Assembly: GCA_020348925.1 (NCBI GenBank)
Contig: CP070758.1
Coordinates: forward strand, 2,743,688-2,807,687
Direction of reading: 5' to 3'
DNA length: 64,000 nucleotides
Source of the DNA: Gemmatimonadota bacterium
GTDB lineage: Bacteria > JBHIER01 > G020348925
The position numbers and the translations under genes were made by a program. Below the pieces are notes generated by a model. That model did no database searches and had not been told where the DNA came from. It was given only the letters and a program-made list of their open reading frames with translations. The number at the start of each line of letters is the position of its first letter. The stretch's first letter is position 1. Below are positions 59,989 to 64,000 of the stretch, in pieces.

Positions 59989-61584
59989 TCACTCCGAAAC
60001 CTTTTTGGGATATACTCCAACCGCTTCAGCCCACGCTTTCCAGACTTTTCCCATCTCCTCAACCCGCTCAGGATACTCGTCAGCAAGATTATGCGTCTCT
60101 GTCCGATCCTCCTCCATATCATAGAGCTCATATTCGTTCAGATCACTATCCATCACCAATTTCCATTTATCCTCACGGACGGCACTTTTCCCGAAATGCT
60201 CCCAGCAGAGAAACGCATGTTCTTCTCGCGCTTCACCACGGAGTACTGGGAGGAGACTCCTGCCATCCAGAGGATTCAAAACGTGGTTCCTGTATTGATC
60301 GGGATAAATCACACCGGCAACGTCCAGACAGGTGGGCATAAGATCGATAACATGGCCCACTTGGTGGGTCAGACTGGCTGGCGCGATGACACCCGGCCAG
60401 CGGGCTATAAAAGGCGTGGAAATGCCCCCCTCATGCATCCAGCTTTTGTACCGCCTGAAGGGAGTGTTGCTGGCATTGGCCCAGCCGACGCCGTAACTCA
60501 TGTAGCTTTCAGATCCTCCGGGGGTAACCGCCTGATCATTGCCCCTGAGTATCTCATCGCATCCCCCGTTATCTGACAAAAATATAACAAGGGTGTTTCC
60601 TTCAATATTCGGTCTCATCAGAGCGCGGAGAATTCTCCCTACTCCCTGATCCATCCTGTCGACTTGCGCAGCATAGACGGCCATTTTCATGATCTCCCAT
60701 TCCATATGTTCAGCAGATTCCCAGGGAGGCACACGGTCATCGCGCTCCGGCAGTTTCCACTTTTCATTCACAAGACCCATCTCAATGACTCTTTCATATC
60801 GTCGCTTCCGCATTGAATCCCAGCCATCTCGAAAATGATCCTCATATTTTCGAATATCTTCAGGCAGCGCGTGCAACGGCCAGTGGGGTGCGGTATATGC
60901 CACATACAGAAAGAAGGGATCTTCATATTGGTGCCACTCTTCAATCATCCGTACCGCATTGTCCGTGATGGCATCGGTCATGAAAAACCCTTCCCCCTTC
61001 TCCACGATTTCCTGATCGTCGCGCAGCATGATCCTCACTTTGTCCGATTTTGGTTCGACGAAGCTCGTATCAAAATAGCTGCTGGCACCACTGACCAGGC
61101 CGTAATACCTTTCAAAACCGCGTTGTAGAGGCCAATTGGGATAATACTCCCCGACGTGCCACTTGCCGGACATGAGGGTATGATACCCGGCGGATTTCAG
61201 CGCCTCGGCAATCGTCAGGCAACGATCATTTAAATAGCCTTGATATGCGGGAGGTTTCTTCTTTCTCTTGCGATTGATCATTTCTCCCACACCGACACGA
61301 TGCGGGTACTGACCAGTCAACAGGGATGCCCGGGTCGGACAACAACGGGCACAATTATAGAACTGCGTAAATCGAACACCATCCTCAGCGAGTTGATCTA
61401 TGTTCGGTGTTTCTATGGACGAACCATAGCAACCTAAATCTGAAAAACCCATATCATCGGCCATAATGATGATGATGTTGGTACGACGGATATTTCCCTT
61501 ATCAACCTTACAGGAAAGTGACGGAATGAGACTAATGCCTGCTGCCGCTTCTAAAGAAAGTCTGATGAATTCTCTTCTTTCCAT
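59989..61584 (-). CDS. Cys-type S1 arylsulfatase (AtsA-like), Tat signal with possible lipobox
   Basis: ERREFIR...SLSC; MADDMGFSD; CCPTRASLLTG; GKWHVG; APHWPLHA; WANASNTPFR. Confidence 0.95.
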   Translation of the reverse strand: MERREFIRLSLEAAAGISLIPSLSCKVDKGNIRRTNIIIIMADDMGFSDLGCYGSSIETPNIDQLAEDGVRFTQFYNCARCCPTRASLLTGQYPHRVGVGEMINRKRKKKPPAYQGYLNDRCLTIAEALKSAGYHTLMSGKWHVGEYYPNWPLQRGFERYYGLVSGASSYFDTSFVEPKSDKVRIMLRDDQEIVEKGEGFFMTDAITDNAVRMIEEWHQYEDPFFLYVAYTAPHWPLHALPEDIRKYEDHFRDGWDSMRKRRYERVIEMGLVNEKWKLPERDDRVPPWESAEHMEWEIMKMAVYAAQVDRMDQGVGRILRALMRPNIEGNTLVIFLSDNGGCDEILRGNDQAVTPGGSESYMSYGVGWANASNTPFRRYKSWMHEGGISTPFIARWPGVIAPASLTHQVGHVIDLMPTCLDVAGVIYPDQYRNHVLNPLDGRSLLPVLRGEAREEHAFLCWEHFGKSAVREDKWKLVMDSDLNEYELYDMEEDRTETHNLADEYPERVEEMGKVWKAWAEAVGVYPKKVSE

Positions 61585-61623
61585 TTCTTTTTACTATTCC
61601 ATTTGTAATTCTTCCGGAGCCAT

Positions 61624-63555
61624 TCATCTTACCTGATTATTCGTTCCGAGTAGATTGTTGATAGCGTGATTTGCCACCCGAACCACGTATTTGTTATCCT
61701 GATCATTGAGTGCTTCATGTAAAAACGGAATTGTTGATCGTGCTTTTTCACCCAACTCATCTATCACGATCGCAGCATGCAGACGAATCCATTCCTCATC
61801 ACTTTGTAATTCCATTTCCAAAACCGGAAGAGCTTCTGACACTTCTCCCAATTTGCACAGAGCCTCAGCAGCTGCAACACGGATTGTAGAAGAGGAATCA
61901 TCCAGTAATTTCCTTACCTCGACAATGGAGCCTTGTACCTCATTCCCCAAATTTCCAATACCAATCAATGCCCAGTAACGGACTGACGGATTATTGTCAT
62001 TCAGTAATAACAACAAATTTTGAAGATCATCTGCTTTTGGTTTTCCAACCAAAATTGCAGTCTCGTGTAACCGTTTCAGGAAATCCTCCGAACCTGTCTT
62101 TTGAAGTATTGCGTATCGACTCCCGTACTGTTTCTCCAGACGAAGGATTTCCGGTTCTGGAATCAAACCGAGGTCTTTCGCCTCCAGTATCCACTGCAGG
62201 TGCACATTACGCATTTTCTCTAAGATATCTTTGTATTCCGGATCCGGAGCCAGGTTTTTGATCTCGTACGGATCATTATGAATGTCATACAATTCTTCCT
62301 GAGGTTTTCTCCTGGATGTAAAAAGGGCGACCGTCTCAGGCAATTCCCCCTCCTGTTCCAGACGACGAATCTCTTTCATCACCGGTCCCTGCTCCGCGCT
62401 CTGGATGTATTGATAGTAGGGTTTGTAAGACATGTAATTGATGACATATCGATATCGCTTATCCCTCACTGAGCGAACCAGATCGTAACGCTCATCCATT
62501 CGGTCGCGAATGGAGAAAACATATTGTCGTTCAGGGGGCAGATTAGGACCCAGAAAAGGACGCCCTTGCATGTATTCCGGAACCAGTAATCCTACCAGAT
62601 TGAGAACAGCAGGTGCAAAATCCAGCGAGCTGACGAATTGATCGTCCTTACTCCCAGGTGTCCCTTGCCTCTTTTGACGAAATTTTTCCGGTATTCTGAC
62701 AATCAGGGGAATGTGTGTTCCGGAATCATAAATCCACCGTTTGGCTCTCGGCATACCGACGCCGTGATCCGACCAGAAGAAAACGATGGTCTCATCCCTC
62801 AAGCCGGCATCATCCAATTCTTTGAGACGATCCTCTATCCAGTAGTCCAACGCAGTAATCAGCTCGTGATACCGTGCCCAGTACTCCCGGGTCACTTTCG
62901 TATCCGGATAATAGGGTGGTAATTCGAATGCCTCCCGATTCTGTCTCTGATGGGGTTTGAGACGTTGTGTCCGCTCAGCGCGTTTTTCTTCGTCCAAACG
63001 AATTGAACCCTCATGGGTACCGGTGTAGTTAAACACCGCAAAAAATGGCGCGCCCCTCGGGCGATTTTTCCAATGGGCATTCCTGCTGGATTCATCCCAG
63101 GCTTTATCCGGAGTAACGAAATTGTAATCTTCTTTATAATTGTTTGTGCAGTAATAACCGGCCTCTCTCAAGTATTCCGAAAAGCATTTCACTGTTTCCG
63201 GCAAATGGGGTTTCATAGAACGTTTTACACCCTCGCCCCCGCCTCGCATATGATGTGTGCCCAAAGTTGAGGCATACATCCCGGTTATGATAGAGGATCG
63301 GTTCGGCGCACAGACGCCGGCAACGGTAAATGCATTCTCAAAGAGTACGCCTTCGCCAGCAAGTTTATCAAGCACAGGCGTTACCGCGTTTATATATCCA
63401 CAGCATTTCAGGTGAGGTCCGATATCCTCACAGGATAACCAGAGAATGTTCGGCTGGAATCTGGCAGACCTCCCTCGCAGTTTCATCAGCGGAAACAGGC
63501 AGACTGCCATAATCCCTTTCGCGATTTGTTTCAAACAATGTCTTCGTGATGGCAT
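61624..63555 (-). CDS. Cys-type S1 sulfatase with C-terminal HEAT repeats
   Basis: SRRHCLK; WLSCEDIG; CAPNRSSIITG; RDRMDERYD; HEAT-like VRYWALIGIG / IRVAAAEAL / IRLHAAIVI. Confidence 0.92.
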   Translation of the reverse strand: MPSRRHCLKQIAKGIMAVCLFPLMKLRGRSARFQPNILWLSCEDIGPHLKCCGYINAVTPVLDKLAGEGVLFENAFTVAGVCAPNRSSIITGMYASTLGTHHMRGGGEGVKRSMKPHLPETVKCFSEYLREAGYYCTNNYKEDYNFVTPDKAWDESSRNAHWKNRPRGAPFFAVFNYTGTHEGSIRLDEEKRAERTQRLKPHQRQNREAFELPPYYPDTKVTREYWARYHELITALDYWIEDRLKELDDAGLRDETIVFFWSDHGVGMPRAKRWIYDSGTHIPLIVRIPEKFRQKRQGTPGSKDDQFVSSLDFAPAVLNLVGLLVPEYMQGRPFLGPNLPPERQYVFSIRDRMDERYDLVRSVRDKRYRYVINYMSYKPYYQYIQSAEQGPVMKEIRRLEQEGELPETVALFTSRRKPQEELYDIHNDPYEIKNLAPDPEYKDILEKMRNVHLQWILEAKDLGLIPEPEILRLEKQYGSRYAILQKTGSEDFLKRLHETAILVGKPKADDLQNLLLLLNDNNPSVRYWALIGIGNLGNEVQGSIVEVRKLLDDSSSTIRVAAAEALCKLGEVSEALPVLEMELQSDEEWIRLHAAIVIDELGEKARSTIPFLHEALNDQDNKYVVRVANHAINNLLGTNNQVR

Positions 63556-63761
63556 CTACTTCTCACATAAATGTTTCTTTGCATCTGACATATTCTCAGC
63601 TTATCATCTTTCTTAGATAATGGCATGAATGCAGTATCCGCAAAAACCGATTGTAGGAGGACATCAATCCCCCCGCTCCGGCCGACAATCTCTTCAGAAA
63701 ACCGCAACGCAGTTCTCCGTTTTCAATGACCAACAAAGTGAACATTCTACATCTCCATTTT

Positions 63762-64000
63762 CTATTTCAACATATAGGCATAATAGTCGGTCAGAAACCT
63801 CAAACCGAAGGACGTGGCAATATCCCGGATGGTGATCCAGAGTTTTCCGTGTTTGTGTCTCGTTCTGATTTCATAAAAACAGCCCGCGAGATTGGGATCT
63901 GAATGGTCCGAGGAAAACCGGTTCTTCAAAACCCAGGAGAGGGATTTCTCGATATTGTCCTTGAATTCATCACCCACGCCATGTTCCATAAGCCGTAGCC
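63762..64000 (-). CDS. C-terminal part of a hypothetical protein continuing beyond the window
   Basis: Frame open to the window edge: LRLMEHGVG...IEKSLSWVLKNRF...PNLAGCF...RDIATSFGLRFL; same strand as the locus. Confidence 0.65.
   Translation of the reverse strand, partial: LRLMEHGVGDEFKDNIEKSLSWVLKNRFSSDHSDPNLAGCFYEIRTRHKHGKLWITIRDIATSFGLRFLTDYYAYMLK

Noticed and set aside
1-64000. CRISPR arrays, rRNA, tRNA, transposases, prophage and defence genes; many short antisense ORFs
   Set aside because: No regularly spaced repeats or recognisable genes of these kinds were seen by eye; short antisense ORFs shadow well-supported genes.

Overview
Bacterial, MAG-style sequence made of at least three contigs joined by 100-N spacers (13995-14094, 17121-17220); genes do not continue across either spacer. 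Single C-terminal dockerins, Hanks kinase-TPR proteins, a gingipain-like propeptide and many sulfatases resemble FCB-group candidate phyla such as KSB1 (inference). Contig 1 (1-13994): a partial C25 peptidase missed by the ORF track, two bilobed aspartyl proteases, a MacB-type ABC pair, a His-less MBL-TPR protein, a TetR-led operon and a Ser/Thr kinase. Contig 2 (14095-17120): a GH5-like fragment, PhzF, a ~440-nt highly structured non-coding element and the C-terminus of an eRF1-like protein. Contig 3 (17221-64000): a trkA fragment, then a ~46-kb run of minus-strand genes for degrading a sulfated, uronic-acid/hexosamine glycan, with no SusC/SusD in the window. It encodes two dockerin-tagged lyase-like enzymes, GH105, GH84-like and two GH31 hydrolases, four Tat-signal sulfatases plus a radical-SAM maturase, SSS and TRAP importers, the KDG route (IolB-like, KduD, KdgK, Eda), NagA, and a Thermotoga-like UxaC-UxaE-SDR-LarA-family-Gnd hexuronate route. 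All calls come from motif recognition by eye; no database searches were run.
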